Below are positions 26,592 to 39,431 of a stretch of DNA of 64,000 nt, piece by piece. The notes under the pieces were generated by a model. The model did not search any database and had not been told where the DNA came from. It saw only the letters and a program-made list of their open reading frames with translations. This stretch comes from Patescibacteria group bacterium (GTDB lineage Bacteria > Patescibacteriota > Patescibacteriia > UBA9570 > JAHJKD01), in contig JAHJKD010000049.1 in assembly GCA_018822435.1 (NCBI GenBank), positions 6,511 through 70,510 on the forward strand. Reading direction: 5' to 3'. Position 1 is the stretch's first letter; each line of letters starts with the position of its first letter. Made by a program: the position numbers and the translations under genes.

Positions 26592-29144
26592 TTATATAAA
26601 ACTCTCAGGACCGGTCAAGTCAGCCCCTCCGCCCAAGCGATCAAGCTGCCCTCTTTCGGCAATTTCCGCTTCCACAATAGCGCGATCACGGCCGAATTTA
26701 AGCCGGGAAAGCTGTTTGAGATTTTCTGCAATTTTGAGGTCACCAGGCGGCGGCATGATGGTTTTCATGTTAAATGGCCTTGAAGCAGTATTTTCAATCA
26801 GTAATTTGATATTAGCAGTGAATTTCTCCACATTAATAACGTCATTTTCATTAAATATAGGCGCGAATTCTTTAGCCAGGGTTTCCGCGTCTTCTACGCC
26901 AATACGGAATGAAATAATAGTACCGGCATTACCAAAGACAGCGTCTCTGATTTTAGTATCGTCCTTATTAACAAGCTGACTGACGTACTGATGGGCCAGG
27001 ATAAGGTCAAGCTTGTATTTTCTGGCTTCTGATAAAATCGTGGCAATCGAGTCAGTCGTATAGTTTTGGAACTCATCAATATATAAATAAAAATCCTTGC
27101 GCTTTTCTTTGGCCATGGTGGCCCGGCTCATGGCCGCCATCTGTAATTTGGAAACCATGATCAAACCAAGCAAAGAACTATTTACTTCCCCGACTGTGCC
27201 CTTACAAAGATTGACCAGGCAAATCTTCTGATTATCCATAATATCTTTAAAATTGAAACCAGATTTGTCCTGGCCGACGATATTGCGCATCATGTCATTA
27301 GTAAGGAAACGGCCGATCTTGGAAATAACGTAAGAGAGCATATCCGCGGCTTGCTGGCCAGACTGCGACTGCTCGTATTCCTGCTGCCAGAAATTCTTAA
27401 CAATTGGATTAGTAACATTCTTAACTTTATCCGCCCGGAATTTTTCATCAGTGAACATGCGCGGCACTTCAATAATGGTGGCGCCAGTGTCCTTGTCTTC
27501 CATTAATGCCAGCATGGCATTTCTCATGTAATGCTCGAACATAGGGCCGATCATTTCCTCGCCGAACAGCTTATAAAAAATGGCGATCATTTCCTGGACG
27601 GCAAAATCCTTTTGTTCATTAGAATCATATTCCATCATATTCAGGCCGACTGGCCTTTCAATGTCTGAAGGATTGAAGATAACAACGTCATCGGCACGTT
27701 CTTTAGGAATATGAGGCAAAACATCCTCGATCAAGTCGCCATGCGGATCAATAATGCCAACGCCCTCCCCATTCTGAATATCCTGAATAGCCATATTAGA
27801 CAGAAGAACAGATTTACCAGAACCAGAACGACCGATTACATAAACATGGCGCTGCCTATCTGGCCGTAAAATCCGCACTTGAGTAGTTTTTCCACGATAA
27901 TCAACTTCTCCCAGAATAACGCCCTCTTTGGGCATATTAAATGGCGGCGCTGCTTTCTTAGCCATGAGCCAACGAATATTCGGAGTTTCCGTAGTCGGCA
28001 GAGGCATATGATAAAGCGAGGTCAATTCTTTTGCATTCAGGATGTAATCGCCTTTTTCATGAAAATTTCGGTAAATAAAGTCATTGATCAATTCTTTGTC
28101 AGCGGAGGGATTATTGGCTTCAAAAGAATTGCCATATTCATGGCCGGAATACTGGGCAAATGCATTGACGATGTTATTGCATTTAAATTCCGCTATTTCT
28201 TTTGTGCCGGCTGAGGCAATAACCCGGATATTTGTTTCAAAACCGGCATGGGAGACTTTGTCTTCCAGAGATTTGACAGTTTCTTCTTCCATGGGGGACA
28301 GGCGGTATTCGCGGTCTGTTTTAATATCCAAACCCTGATCATATTTACGGGCACGATTCAGGAAAACGCGACGAAAATATAACCAGAATTTTGTGATGCC
28401 GCTGCCGACAACCTCTTTTTTAGCCTGAGAATATTTTTTTCCCTGTTGCATGACTGTGGCAATCCGGGCTGGCGCGTATTGCCACCTTTTCGGAGCAGAA
28501 CGAATAACATACTGGATAGCTGCCCCTTCGCCTTTCTCAAACTTGGAAAGGGCATTGGTCAGAGCGCTGAGAGGATCAGACTCCAGCTTGTCATAAGTAT
28601 TAATAGGGAAAAATTCTTCATTTGATAGTTTTAAACGCGAGGCAACCACAGCGCCCTGAGGATTGAAAATATTAAAATCATCAACTTCTTCAATAACTGA
28701 ATCTTCATACTGGGCCTGAATCTGTTGTTCCAATAATTTTTTTAAATAGGCCGGGCAAGTAGCAAAAAAACTTATCATTTGCTCTTCATCAGCCACAATC
28801 TCAAAAGTGAGATGGTCGTTGCGTCCGTACCAGAATGCTTCCCAGCCTCTTTGCGGCTTTAATCCGCCGAGCGTCGTATATATTGTTTCGGCGACGGAAA
28901 TAGACTGATACACGCTTTCACGCCGGAAAGAAGGATTGTCAGATTGCTGTTCCTTGGGTTCGTTCTTGGGGACTTTGATCAGGATCATCTTGCGGTGAAA
29001 AGCCTCTGGTTTTTTGACTAGATTTCTAGTAACAGTTCTAAGTAAAAAAACAACTCCCGTAAATATTAAAAACAAAACAATCACTCCTAAGAGGAGGAGG
29101 AATATTGGTGATTCAATGATTTGAAAGATGAAATTTATGTTCAT
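26592..29144 (-). CDS. VirB4/TraG-TraD (coupling protein)-like ATPase
   Basis: DR.RH.Y.IG.SGSGKS Walker A, IDPHGDL, LYIDEFQNY Walker B, SEARKY.L.L..AHQY..QL. Confidence 0.9.
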   Translation of the reverse strand: MNINFIFQIIESPIFLLLLGVIVLFLIFTGVVFLLRTVTRNLVKKPEAFHRKMILIKVPKNEPKEQQSDNPSFRRESVYQSISVAETIYTTLGGLKPQRGWEAFWYGRNDHLTFEIVADEEQMISFFATCPAYLKKLLEQQIQAQYEDSVIEEVDDFNIFNPQGAVVASRLKLSNEEFFPINTYDKLESDPLSALTNALSKFEKGEGAAIQYVIRSAPKRWQYAPARIATVMQQGKKYSQAKKEVVGSGITKFWLYFRRVFLNRARKYDQGLDIKTDREYRLSPMEEETVKSLEDKVSHAGFETNIRVIASAGTKEIAEFKCNNIVNAFAQYSGHEYGNSFEANNPSADKELINDFIYRNFHEKGDYILNAKELTSLYHMPLPTTETPNIRWLMAKKAAPPFNMPKEGVILGEVDYRGKTTQVRILRPDRQRHVYVIGRSGSGKSVLLSNMAIQDIQNGEGVGIIDPHGDLIEDVLPHIPKERADDVVIFNPSDIERPVGLNMMEYDSNEQKDFAVQEMIAIFYKLFGEEMIGPMFEHYMRNAMLALMEDKDTGATIIEVPRMFTDEKFRADKVKNVTNPIVKNFWQQEYEQSQSGQQAADMLSYVISKIGRFLTNDMMRNIVGQDKSGFNFKDIMDNQKICLVNLCKGTVGEVNSSLLGLIMVSKLQMAAMSRATMAKEKRKDFYLYIDEFQNYTTDSIATILSEARKYKLDLILAHQYVSQLVNKDDTKIRDAVFGNAGTIISFRIGVEDAETLAKEFAPIFNENDVINVEKFTANIKLLIENTASRPFNMKTIMPPPGDLKIAENLKQLSRLKFGRDRAIVEAEIAERGQLDRLGGGADLTGPESFI

Positions 29145-29674
29145 GCCTTATTTTTTTCACGATTTCTTACTTCCGCAGCCAGGTCCATGATTTCTTCAGT
29201 TTTTTTCTTAGACTCTTGTTCCAGGTAGAACTTATTAGCCCGGGGAATTAAAAAAAGCCAGGACTTGATAAGGTTTAGCACCTTGCCAGCCTTGGCTTTC
29301 ATGCTGAGCACTAATTCCTCGATTTTATCGTTAACTTCAATGCCTTTTTCGCGGAACCGGTTTTGTTCATCCGTATTCATGGTCTGATAGATCTCCCGGA
29401 CATCTTCCTGCATTATTGCTTCAATTTGTTGACGGGTTGGAGTTTTTTTGCCAGACACAGACGCATCTGCAGGCGCAGGCTTGCTTTTTTTACCTTTTTT
29501 TGGGACAGGTGCTGCCTCTTTTTCCTTTTCTACAGGCAATGCTTCCGGCACTTCAGTTTCGAACTTTTTTTCCCTAATTTCAGGCTTAGCTGGTTTTTCC
29601 GGACCTTTTGTCACAGAAACCTCTGGGGCTTCATGTTCCAGATTGTTTATTGTCCTAAATTGAGGCTTTGCCAT
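29141..29674 (-). CDS. Hypothetical protein coupled to the ATPase
   Basis: Overlapping stop/start; C-terminal WL..IP..NKFYLEQE.K.KT motif. Confidence 0.75.
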   Translation of the reverse strand: MAKPQFRTINNLEHEAPEVSVTKGPEKPAKPEIREKKFETEVPEALPVEKEKEAAPVPKKGKKSKPAPADASVSGKKTPTRQQIEAIMQEDVREIYQTMNTDEQNRFREKGIEVNDKIEELVLSMKAKAGKVLNLIKSWLFLIPRANKFYLEQESKKKTEEIMDLAAEVRNREKNKA

Positions 29675-29779
29675 TGATTTTTATTTTTATTGATTGCCAT
29701 TAAAATATAACACTTTTTATCAAAATAAACAACAAATAGATTTGACTTAAAGGCAAATTTGTGATACAATATATATACT

Positions 29780-30709
29780 ATGGGTAAAATACAAGAAATA
29801 AAATTCAACAGTCAAAAATGGGTTAACATTGAAAACCCTACTAAAGAAGATATGAATAAAATACGGGAGGAATATAAATTCCATCCTCTTGATATGGAAG
29901 ATGTCATATATCCAACGCAAAGATCCAAGATAGACAAATATAGGAATTATTTTTTCCTGATCCTTATGTTCCCTGTTTATAACCGGGAAACCAAGGAAAT
30001 TGACCCGACTGAAGTTGATTTTTTTGTGAGCAAGGATTTTGTCGTTACGATCCATCATGGCAATTTACCGCCGATAATTGACCTGTTCCAGATCTGCCAG
30101 TCAAATGATTCAGCCCGGGAAAATACCTTCGGCGGTTCAACAGACATGCTCCTTTATAATATCCTGAAAAAACTGCATCTTTATATTTACCCCATGCTTG
30201 ACCATGTTTCTCTGGACATCGCTGATATCAAAACGCACATATTTACGGGCAAGGAAAAGGAAATGGTCAAACAGATCCTGGAGATCCGCCGCAACATCAC
30301 TGATTTCCGAAAAATCATGGACGCGCATGAAGCCACTATTTCTCGCCTTCTTAAAAAAGGCACGGGTGTTTACCATGTAGATGAGAAATATCAAGATTAT
30401 TTTGACGACCTGATAGACTATACCAAAGAGATCTGGGACCAATTAGGGACTTTCAAAGAAGCGATTGAAGCCCTGCATGAGACAAATGAATCTTTGATAA
30501 GCTTTCGCCTTAATGACGTCATGAAAATTCTGACTATCTTCTCGGTCGTGCTGCTGCCGGCGACAGTGATCACTTCCCTTTTCGGGGTCAATGCCAAGTC
30601 CATGCCTCTCGCGAGCCATCCGAACGGCTTCTGGGCCATCTTCGGCATTACCATGCTGGCCTCGGCCATGACTCTCATTTATATCTGGAAAAAACACTGG
30701 ACTAAATAA
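29780..30709 (+). CDS. corA: CorA family Mg2+/Co2+ transporter
   Basis: FHPLD.ED...QRSK.D.Y; N.VMKILT....LP.T.I...FGVN (GMN variant). Confidence 0.9.
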   Translation: MGKIQEIKFNSQKWVNIENPTKEDMNKIREEYKFHPLDMEDVIYPTQRSKIDKYRNYFFLILMFPVYNRETKEIDPTEVDFFVSKDFVVTIHHGNLPPIIDLFQICQSNDSARENTFGGSTDMLLYNILKKLHLYIYPMLDHVSLDIADIKTHIFTGKEKEMVKQILEIRRNITDFRKIMDAHEATISRLLKKGTGVYHVDEKYQDYFDDLIDYTKEIWDQLGTFKEAIEALHETNESLISFRLNDVMKILTIFSVVLLPATVITSLFGVNAKSMPLASHPNGFWAIFGITMLASAMTLIYIWKKHWTK

Positions 30710-30714
30710 AATTT

Positions 30715-31293
30715 ATGAATGAAAGAAAAATATTCAATCCAAAGGAGGAATTTCCGGAAGTGGAAGCGCCGCCTGACACGCAGGAGCTGGATCTTGAAGA
30801 GGAGCCAACGGAAGATCTAGAGACGACTGAAGAGTTGGAACAAACTGAAGAAAATATTGATGAGCTTGCTTTGGAAAGCATGGATGATACTGAACATGAA
30901 GAAAAAGAACTAGCTGAAGGATTAGTAGAATTTTTTGTAGATAATGATGATACTAATCTTACGGATTTTATTAATGAAGCAAATGAAGATACCTTTAAAT
31001 TTCTTGTTAATGATGATCGATTTATGGAGGAAATTGCCCGAGCCATCAACGATAAATGGAAGGCGGAAATGAAATCTTTTGGAGATAAAATTAAAATGGC
31101 AAATATCCGTTTGCATTATTTTGAAGACTTAAACGTTGAAACATTACTGGCGACCGGAGAAATAAAAAATAAAAGTAAAAATAAATTTCTATTGGCGCGC
31201 CAGGCCGTTCAAAAAATTGTTCATGCTTTAGTAAAGGTGGCTAGGCCGGCCATAGACAAAAGTGCAGATCCTGAAGACGAATTTTTTAGATAA
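30715..31293 (+). CDS. Acidic hypothetical protein
   Basis: 192-aa Glu/Asp-rich ORF in operon. Confidence 0.7.
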   Translation: MNERKIFNPKEEFPEVEAPPDTQELDLEEEPTEDLETTEELEQTEENIDELALESMDDTEHEEKELAEGLVEFFVDNDDTNLTDFINEANEDTFKFLVNDDRFMEEIARAINDKWKAEMKSFGDKIKMANIRLHYFEDLNVETLLATGEIKNKSKNKFLLARQAVQKIVHALVKVARPAIDKSADPEDEFFR

Positions 31294-31301
31294 TTATATA
31301 T

Positions 31302-32114
31302 ATGGCTGAACCAATAGGAAAACAACCACCGAGAAGGAGGGAACCAACTGATCCTGATCTAGAGGAAACAGGCTATATTGAAGATCCTTCTGAAGACACA
31401 GAAGAAGATAGTGATCTGGATGTTATTGATGGAAGTGAATTAGAATTTCTGGTTCCGGAAGAAAAAGTTGAAGAAGAAACAAGAGATAGCATGGATGAAA
31501 GCGAAAAGCCGCCGATCGTATTGGGAGCAGATGAACAAATGGAAGTTGCTCCACATAAACGAACGACCTGGGATGATGAGGAAGAAATGACCCAATTCGG
31601 GGATGATGATGCCCTGTATATCGGCAAGGGTTTTGCCCAAGAATTAAAAACTAATGAACAGCTTGATGTGGTTGATAAAAAACTGATTACCAGAGTTGTT
31701 GTTACTTTGGGCGCTTACGTTGACAAAGCCATGGATGAAGTATTCCATATAAATTCATTTGCCGGCGGTGAAACGTTAGCAAATATTACAATGGATGTGC
31801 GCCGGGCGGATCGAATCCAAAAAGTCTCAATTTTTTTACATAGAAACGTTGAGAATTTATCTAAAGATTTTGCCGACATAATTGAACTGGAAATGAATAA
31901 TATTGAAGCAAACTCTGGCATGAAAATATCTCCCAAGCAAAAAATATATGAAGTAACTTTGATTTTCGATAAAATAAGAGAACAACTTGAAACTGATGTC
32001 TTAAATAAATACCTGACTGGTGAAGATAAAAAATTTATAACAAATCTGGAATTTTCCTTAGATAAGGCATTAAGCCGGGCCCAAGAAAAACTGGCGAAAT
32101 CATTCCGGGAATAG
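31302..32114 (+). CDS. Acidic hypothetical protein
   Basis: 270-aa ORF with a disordered acidic N-terminal half. Confidence 0.7.
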   Translation: MAEPIGKQPPRRREPTDPDLEETGYIEDPSEDTEEDSDLDVIDGSELEFLVPEEKVEEETRDSMDESEKPPIVLGADEQMEVAPHKRTTWDDEEEMTQFGDDDALYIGKGFAQELKTNEQLDVVDKKLITRVVVTLGAYVDKAMDEVFHINSFAGGETLANITMDVRRADRIQKVSIFLHRNVENLSKDFADIIELEMNNIEANSGMKISPKQKIYEVTLIFDKIREQLETDVLNKYLTGEDKKFITNLEFSLDKALSRAQEKLAKSFRE

Positions 32115-32126
32115 TATAATATTTAC

Positions 32127-33521
32127 ATGAACAAAAAACTTCGCTTATACAATACTCTGACCAGGAAAAAGGAAGGATTCAAAGAAATCAACGACATGAA
32201 AGTCGGGCTATATACTTGTGGCCCGACTGTTTATAATTTTGCCCATATCGGCAATCTTCGCACTTATATATTTGAAGACGTCTTGAGACGGGTTTTGGAA
32301 TATAATGGCTATAAAGTCAATCATGTCATGAATATCACTGACGTAGGGCATCTTACTTCTGATGCCGATGAAGGTGAGGACAAGATGGAAAAGGGCGCGG
32401 CCAGAGAAAAAAAGTCTGTCTGGGATATTGCGAAAGAGTATGAAGAAACCTTTTTTAATGATTTAGAGGAATTGAATATAGAGATGCCGCATGCCAAGCC
32501 GAAAGCGACCGACCACATTACTGACCAGATGGAACTGATCCAGAAACTTGAAGAAAAAGGTTTTACTTATAAAACTTCAGACGGAATTTATTTTGATACA
32601 TCTAAATTAAAAGATTACGGGAAATTGGCCAAGCTGGATATAGCTGGCCTGGAAGAAGGCGCCCGGGTAGAAAAAAATCCCGAGAAGAAGAATGTGACTG
32701 ATTTTGCCTTATGGAAATTCTCACCTAAAGACAGTAAAAGAGAAATGGAATGGGACTCCCCTTGGGGCACCGGCTTTCCGGGATGGCACTTGGAATGTTC
32801 GGCCATGAGCACGAAGTTCCTGGGCCAGCCATTTGATATCCATGCCGGGGGCGTTGACCATGTGCCGGTTCACCATACAAATGAAATTGCCCAAAGCGAG
32901 GCCGCCGCAGACAAGGCCATGGCCAATTATTGGCTGCATGGAGAATTCCTGATCATGGATAAAGCTAAAATGGCTAAATCCAAAGGTGAATTCGTGACCT
33001 TGGATGTACTTAAAGAAAAAGGCTTTCATCCCCTCACCTATCGCTATTTCTGCTTAGGAGCGCACTACAGAAAAAAGCTGAACTTTTCTTGGCGCGCCTT
33101 AGAAGGAGCTGAAAATGCTTTAAAGAAATTATATGCGGCCATTTATGACTATGATGACCCGACCGAAGTAGATACGACTTATAAAGAAAAGTTTGTTGCC
33201 CACATCAACAATGATCTGGATATGCCGGGCGTACTGGCCCTGATGTGGGAATTGGTCAAATCTGACATGGAATCGTCAAAAAAACTGGCGACGCTTTATG
33301 AATTTGATAAAGTCCTAGGACTTTCCATAAGAGACGAGTTTGAAAAAGACGAAGAAGAAAAAGCGGAAATTCCTGATACAATTATTACCCTGGCAGAACA
33401 AAGACAAATGGCTCGCGACGAAAAAGAATGGAATGCGGCTGATGACCTGAGAATTCAAATTGAAAAAAAAGGCTATTCTATTGAAGATACAAAAGACGGT
33501 TGGGATTTAAAAAAGAAATAA
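32127..33521 (+). CDS. cysS: Cysteine--tRNA ligase
   Basis: [42 protein letters not shown]. Confidence 0.97.
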   Translation: MNKKLRLYNTLTRKKEGFKEINDMKVGLYTCGPTVYNFAHIGNLRTYIFEDVLRRVLEYNGYKVNHVMNITDVGHLTSDADEGEDKMEKGAAREKKSVWDIAKEYEETFFNDLEELNIEMPHAKPKATDHITDQMELIQKLEEKGFTYKTSDGIYFDTSKLKDYGKLAKLDIAGLEEGARVEKNPEKKNVTDFALWKFSPKDSKREMEWDSPWGTGFPGWHLECSAMSTKFLGQPFDIHAGGVDHVPVHHTNEIAQSEAAADKAMANYWLHGEFLIMDKAKMAKSKGEFVTLDVLKEKGFHPLTYRYFCLGAHYRKKLNFSWRALEGAENALKKLYAAIYDYDDPTEVDTTYKEKFVAHINNDLDMPGVLALMWELVKSDMESSKKLATLYEFDKVLGLSIRDEFEKDEEEKAEIPDTIITLAEQRQMARDEKEWNAADDLRIQIEKKGYSIEDTKDGWDLKKK

Positions 33522-33531
33522 AAAATAACAC

Positions 33532-34401
33532 ATGGGCTTTTTAGCCATTGCCATCGGCGCATTTCTATTTTCTCTTGTTGATGTCGGCCGGAAAAAATTA
33601 ATAACCAAGCGAAATACCTACATAACCATATGGGGTGTTTTTTTATGTTCACTTCCCCTTCTTATTATTCTTTCCATCATTTTCGGTTTTCCGGAAAGTA
33701 TTGGCTGGTTATTTTGGCCACTTGTACTTATTGTTATTGCGGCTATTTCCGTGGGAGAAGTTTTTCTTTACAAAGCCATTAAATATTCTGATCTCTCTGA
33801 TGTGATTCCATTTACGGCTTTCACGCCGGCTTTTTTAATTTTGACTTCCTGGATCATTCTCGGTGAATTGCCGAACCTTTGGGGCGCTTTAGGAATCAGC
33901 ATTACTGTTCTGGGGGCCTGGATCCATAATATGAAAGACCTGAAAAAGGGCTGGCTGGCGCCTCTGACACATATTTATAGACATAAAGGCGAAAGGTATA
34001 TAATTTTTATTGGTTTAATTTGGAGTGTGACTGGTCCTCTGGCTAAACTAGCGATATTTGAATCTTCAGAATTATTTTTTACTTTAGTATTTTGTACTGG
34101 CTTAGCTCTGGTTTTTACAGTAATAGTTTTACTTAAATATAGAGATAAAATCAAAGAACAATTTCTTAAACATATCTGGAAGTTTTTAATTGTTGGCTCC
34201 CTGTGGGCCATGGCAGCCTGGCTGGAAATGATAGCTATGGCCAAGCTTCTTGTGCCATATGTGGGGGCTATAAAACAAACTAGATCACTTTATTCCACCA
34301 TCTGGGGGAAAGTGATATTCAAAGAAAAAAATATAAAACCGCGCCTGGTCGGTGCGGTCGTTATGGTTATCGGAGCGATATTAATTGTGGTATTGGGTTA
34401 A
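33532..34401 (+). CDS. EamA/DMT family transporter
   Basis: 10 TM segments in two repeats; ILGE.P...G..G and F.EK...R..G motifs. Confidence 0.85.
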   Translation: MGFLAIAIGAFLFSLVDVGRKKLITKRNTYITIWGVFLCSLPLLIILSIIFGFPESIGWLFWPLVLIVIAAISVGEVFLYKAIKYSDLSDVIPFTAFTPAFLILTSWIILGELPNLWGALGISITVLGAWIHNMKDLKKGWLAPLTHIYRHKGERYIIFIGLIWSVTGPLAKLAIFESSELFFTLVFCTGLALVFTVIVLLKYRDKIKEQFLKHIWKFLIVGSLWAMAAWLEMIAMAKLLVPYVGAIKQTRSLYSTIWGKVIFKEKNIKPRLVGAVVMVIGAILIVVLG

Positions 34402-35129
34402 TCGTCCTTAACGCCTTTTCTTCCTAAAACAATCATAGCCACAATCGGGGCGATGATCCAGCCGAAGTAAGCCCATTGATTGGTGAAGATTTCTATTGTA
34501 AGGGGTGAAAATTTACTTAATATTTCCGGAGGCATGAATGACATGGCCACGGCAATTATCAGGCCGACATGCAGAAAAGAGAAAACCACGGTCTGGATAA
34601 TGCCGCCGTCTGAATTTAAAGAAAGAGAACGGGACAAAGCCATGCGGGACATTAAAAAGAACATGCCCACAAATACGGCCAGGAATGTAGTTATCTGAAA
34701 AGCAAAGCCGCCCTGGAGATTTACATTTACAATAACATCAGGTAAAGCAGCTGTCACAGCCAGGGCGATATAGATACTCATTAAAATAGATATGATTCTG
34801 TCTCTGCCCAGAGACAAACCATAAAGCAGGGCGCCGACCACAAAAAAGCCGACCAGCATCATGTCCCAGGTCGGATTATTATAATCTAAATTCTTAAAAT
34901 CAATATCTTTAAAAGATTTTATATCAGAAGTCTGGATAGTGATCTCTTCTGTGTCTTTTTTACCACTATCTTTTTCCTTTTTTGTACCTTCTTTCTTTGT
35001 TTCTTCCTTTTTCTCGGTTTCTTTTTTGTTTGTTTCGTCAGAAGGAGCAGTAATCTTTATCTTGGGGATATCAATTTCCTTTTCTTTGGCTGCTAATTGT
35101 ACTACTTCTTCTTGTAGAGTTGCCTCCAT
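34398..35129 (-). CDS. Membrane protein (CvpA-like TM region, charged N-terminus)
   Basis: 5 TM segments after a Lys/Glu-rich linker. Confidence 0.65.
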   Translation of the reverse strand: MEATLQEEVVQLAAKEKEIDIPKIKITAPSDETNKKETEKKEETKKEGTKKEKDSGKKDTEEITIQTSDIKSFKDIDFKNLDYNNPTWDMMLVGFFVVGALLYGLSLGRDRIISILMSIYIALAVTAALPDVIVNVNLQGGFAFQITTFLAVFVGMFFLMSRMALSRSLSLNSDGGIIQTVVFSFLHVGLIIAVAMSFMPPEILSKFSPLTIEIFTNQWAYFGWIIAPIVAMIVLGRKGVKDD

Positions 35130-35172
35130 TTTTGTAGCTTAGGATTTTATCCTTTATATTATAGCATATTTT

Positions 35173-36306
35173 TTAACTCTCATCAAACTCCATTAATAGC
35201 TTTTTCTGCTTTCGGGAGAGTTTTGTGGGGGTTTTTACTATAACTTCGACTAATTGATCCCCTCTTCCGGAAGAGTGTAATTTGGGGATGCCTTTATTTT
35301 TAAGTTTAAATATCTTGCCTGATTGGGTTCCCGCTGGAATCTTTAATTCGCCCTGGCCATCTAAGGTTTTCACTTCGATTTTCGTACCCATGGTTGCAGC
35401 CGGAAAACTAATTTCAGCTTTAGTCAGTACATCAAAGTCCTGCCTTTCAAAATTCGGGTCCGGTTTTACAATTACATTTACATATAAATCCCCGGCTTGG
35501 CCGCCGCCTGAACCAGCCTCTCCTTGACCAGTTAGCCGGATGGCTTGGTCATTGTCAATGCCGGCCGGGATCTTAACTTTTACCTTGACATTGTCTTTAA
35601 TATTGCCTTCACCGTTGCATTTGCTGCATTTCTTTTCCGGGATCTTGCCTTCGCCCTGGCAGGCCGGGCAGACAGCCTGGCTGCGCATGACGCCTAAAAT
35701 TGTCTGGGATTGTTTTTCCACGACACCGCGGCCACTGCATTCCTGACAATCTTTAATAGGCGTCCCAGGTTCAGCTTTGTTGCCATGGCAATGCGGGCAT
35801 TTGATTGTTTTATATAATTCCATTTCTTGTTCCGTGCCAAAGACGGCATCTTTAAAAGGAAGTTCGACTGTGACTTGGATGTCATTGCCATGCGCAACGC
35901 CAGCTTTTCTGCGGGAGCGTCCGCCAAAACCAAAGCCGCTGAATATTTCGGAAAAGATATCGCCCAGGTCGCCCATGTCCACTTGACCGCCGCTAAAACC
36001 TTGGGCACCGCCAAAACCGCCTTGCTGGCCGCCGCCTTGCCGGGCGTAATTCATGAAGTCGTCCCAGTTCATGCCGCCGCCGAAGCCGCCTTGCTGGTCA
36101 AAGGTGGAGCCGAATTGGTCGAATTGCTTCCTTTTTTCTTCATTACCAAGAACCTGATAAGCTTCATTTATCTCTTTGAATTTCTCTTCATCACCGGTTT
36201 CTTTGTCGGGATGGTATTTGTGCGCGGCCTTGCGAAAGGCTTTTTTGATGTCTTCCTGCGGGGCGTCTTTGGCTACTCCCAGGATTTCGTAATAGTCTTT
36301 GCCCAT
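35173..36306 (-). CDS. dnaJ: Chaperone DnaJ
   Basis: J-domain HPD, G/F region, four CxxCxGxG repeats, C-terminal domain. Confidence 0.97.
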   Translation of the reverse strand: MGKDYYEILGVAKDAPQEDIKKAFRKAAHKYHPDKETGDEEKFKEINEAYQVLGNEEKRKQFDQFGSTFDQQGGFGGGMNWDDFMNYARQGGGQQGGFGGAQGFSGGQVDMGDLGDIFSEIFSGFGFGGRSRRKAGVAHGNDIQVTVELPFKDAVFGTEQEMELYKTIKCPHCHGNKAEPGTPIKDCQECSGRGVVEKQSQTILGVMRSQAVCPACQGEGKIPEKKCSKCNGEGNIKDNVKVKVKIPAGIDNDQAIRLTGQGEAGSGGGQAGDLYVNVIVKPDPNFERQDFDVLTKAEISFPAATMGTKIEVKTLDGQGELKIPAGTQSGKIFKLKNKGIPKLHSSGRGDQLVEVIVKTPTKLSRKQKKLLMEFDES

Positions 36307-36328
36307 AATTGTCTTCAGTCGTGTATAT

Positions 36329-36354
36329 AGGCGGATTTGTGAAATCCGCTTTCA
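36329..36354. repeat. REP-like aggcggatt..tgaaatccgctttca, copy 1
   Basis: Second copy at 47728-47754. Confidence 0.7.
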
Positions 36355-36368
36355 TTACTATGAATTAG

Positions 36369-36914
36369 TTATTTATCTATTGTATCATCTTTTGGCCCGC
36401 CGGTCAGGTCGTCGAGAAAATTGCCGAGGAGTTCGCCGTCGGTGAAGTCGCGGGCCATGTCCGCGGCCGCGTCCATGGCGCCGCCCACGGCCTTGCCCTG
36501 GGCTATGCCCATGGTCCTTTCCATGGTCTCTTCCACGGCCCTTTCCACCGGCATTTTCGGGGATTTCATGCCCAGGATGCCGGCAAATATCATCTGCAGG
36601 CCGGTGAAGTCAAAATCCGTGTCTTGGCTGGCCATGTTTACGGCCTGGCCATTGGCGAAATTCATGAAATCGTCCCAGTTCTTTTCTTTACCAAAACCAC
36701 CCTGTTCTTCAAAGCTGGCGCCGGTCTTATCATAATGCTTCTTTTTTTCCGGACTGCCCAGGACCTGATAAGCTTCGTTTATTTCCTTGAACTTAGCTTC
36801 GTCTCCCCCTTTGTCAGGATGATAGACTTTGGCCAATTTAATAAAAGCCTGTTTAATTTCTTCGGGGCTTGATTCGCGGGTTACGTTGAGGGTTTGGTAG
36901 TAGTCTTGGGGCAT
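36369..36914 (-). CDS. J-domain protein lacking zinc finger and C-terminal domain
   Basis: DYY..L...[21 protein letters not shown]; closely parallels the adjacent DnaJ N-terminus. Confidence 0.88.
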   Translation of the reverse strand: MPQDYYQTLNVTRESSPEEIKQAFIKLAKVYHPDKGGDEAKFKEINEAYQVLGSPEKKKHYDKTGASFEEQGGFGKEKNWDDFMNFANGQAVNMASQDTDFDFTGLQMIFAGILGMKSPKMPVERAVEETMERTMGIAQGKAVGGAMDAAADMARDFTDGELLGNFLDDLTGGPKDDTIDK

Positions 36915-36989
36915 TATTTTATATTATGATCGTGCGTGAAGGCGGGCATGATAATGCCCGCCTTCACATTAATATAATATCGTTTATCT

Positions 36990-39015
<2,026 letters not shown>

Positions 39016-39031
39016 TAAAAAAATAAATTAA

Positions 39032-39430
39032 TTAATCTTCTAACTGCACTTTAATAGACTTCTTTTTTGGCTCTTGTTTTTGTTTTTTTGGAACGGAGAT
39101 GGTGAGGATGCCTTTCTTGTAAGAAGCAGAGGCTTTGTCGCCATCGACTTCAACGGGGAAGGCAAATGAATTTTGAAATGCGCCGTATTGAACCTCCTGC
39201 CTATAATACTCTTTGTCATCTATTTCGCTTTTCTTCTCCGTAGTTCCCTTGATGGTGAGGATGTTGTCCTCAATGGACAGATCAACGTTCTTTTCATCAA
39301 ATCCAGCGACGGGGATTTCCACGACGATGTTGTTGTCTTTTTCGTAAACATCCATGGCCGGAGCCTGACTCTGGCCGCGGGCCATTTCTTCCATGTCCCA
39401 ATAGGGGGACCATTTGATCATTCTGTGCAT
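39032..39430 (-). CDS. Hsp20/alpha-crystallin small heat-shock protein
   Basis: PAMDVYE, LTIKG, YGAF...F.FP..VD...A.A.Y..GIL.I.VPK; start set after the grpE stop. Confidence 0.92.
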   Translation of the reverse strand: MHRMIKWSPYWDMEEMARGQSQAPAMDVYEKDNNIVVEIPVAGFDEKNVDLSIEDNILTIKGTTEKKSEIDDKEYYRQEVQYGAFQNSFAFPVEVDGDKASASYKKGILTISVPKKQKQEPKKKSIKVQLED

Positions 39431-39431
39431 A

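Noticed and set aside
26592-29144. VirB4/TraG-like ATPase as evidence of a conjugative element
   Set aside because: No relaxase, integrase or other T4SS genes; housekeeping context; such ATPases are common chromosomal genes in CPR.
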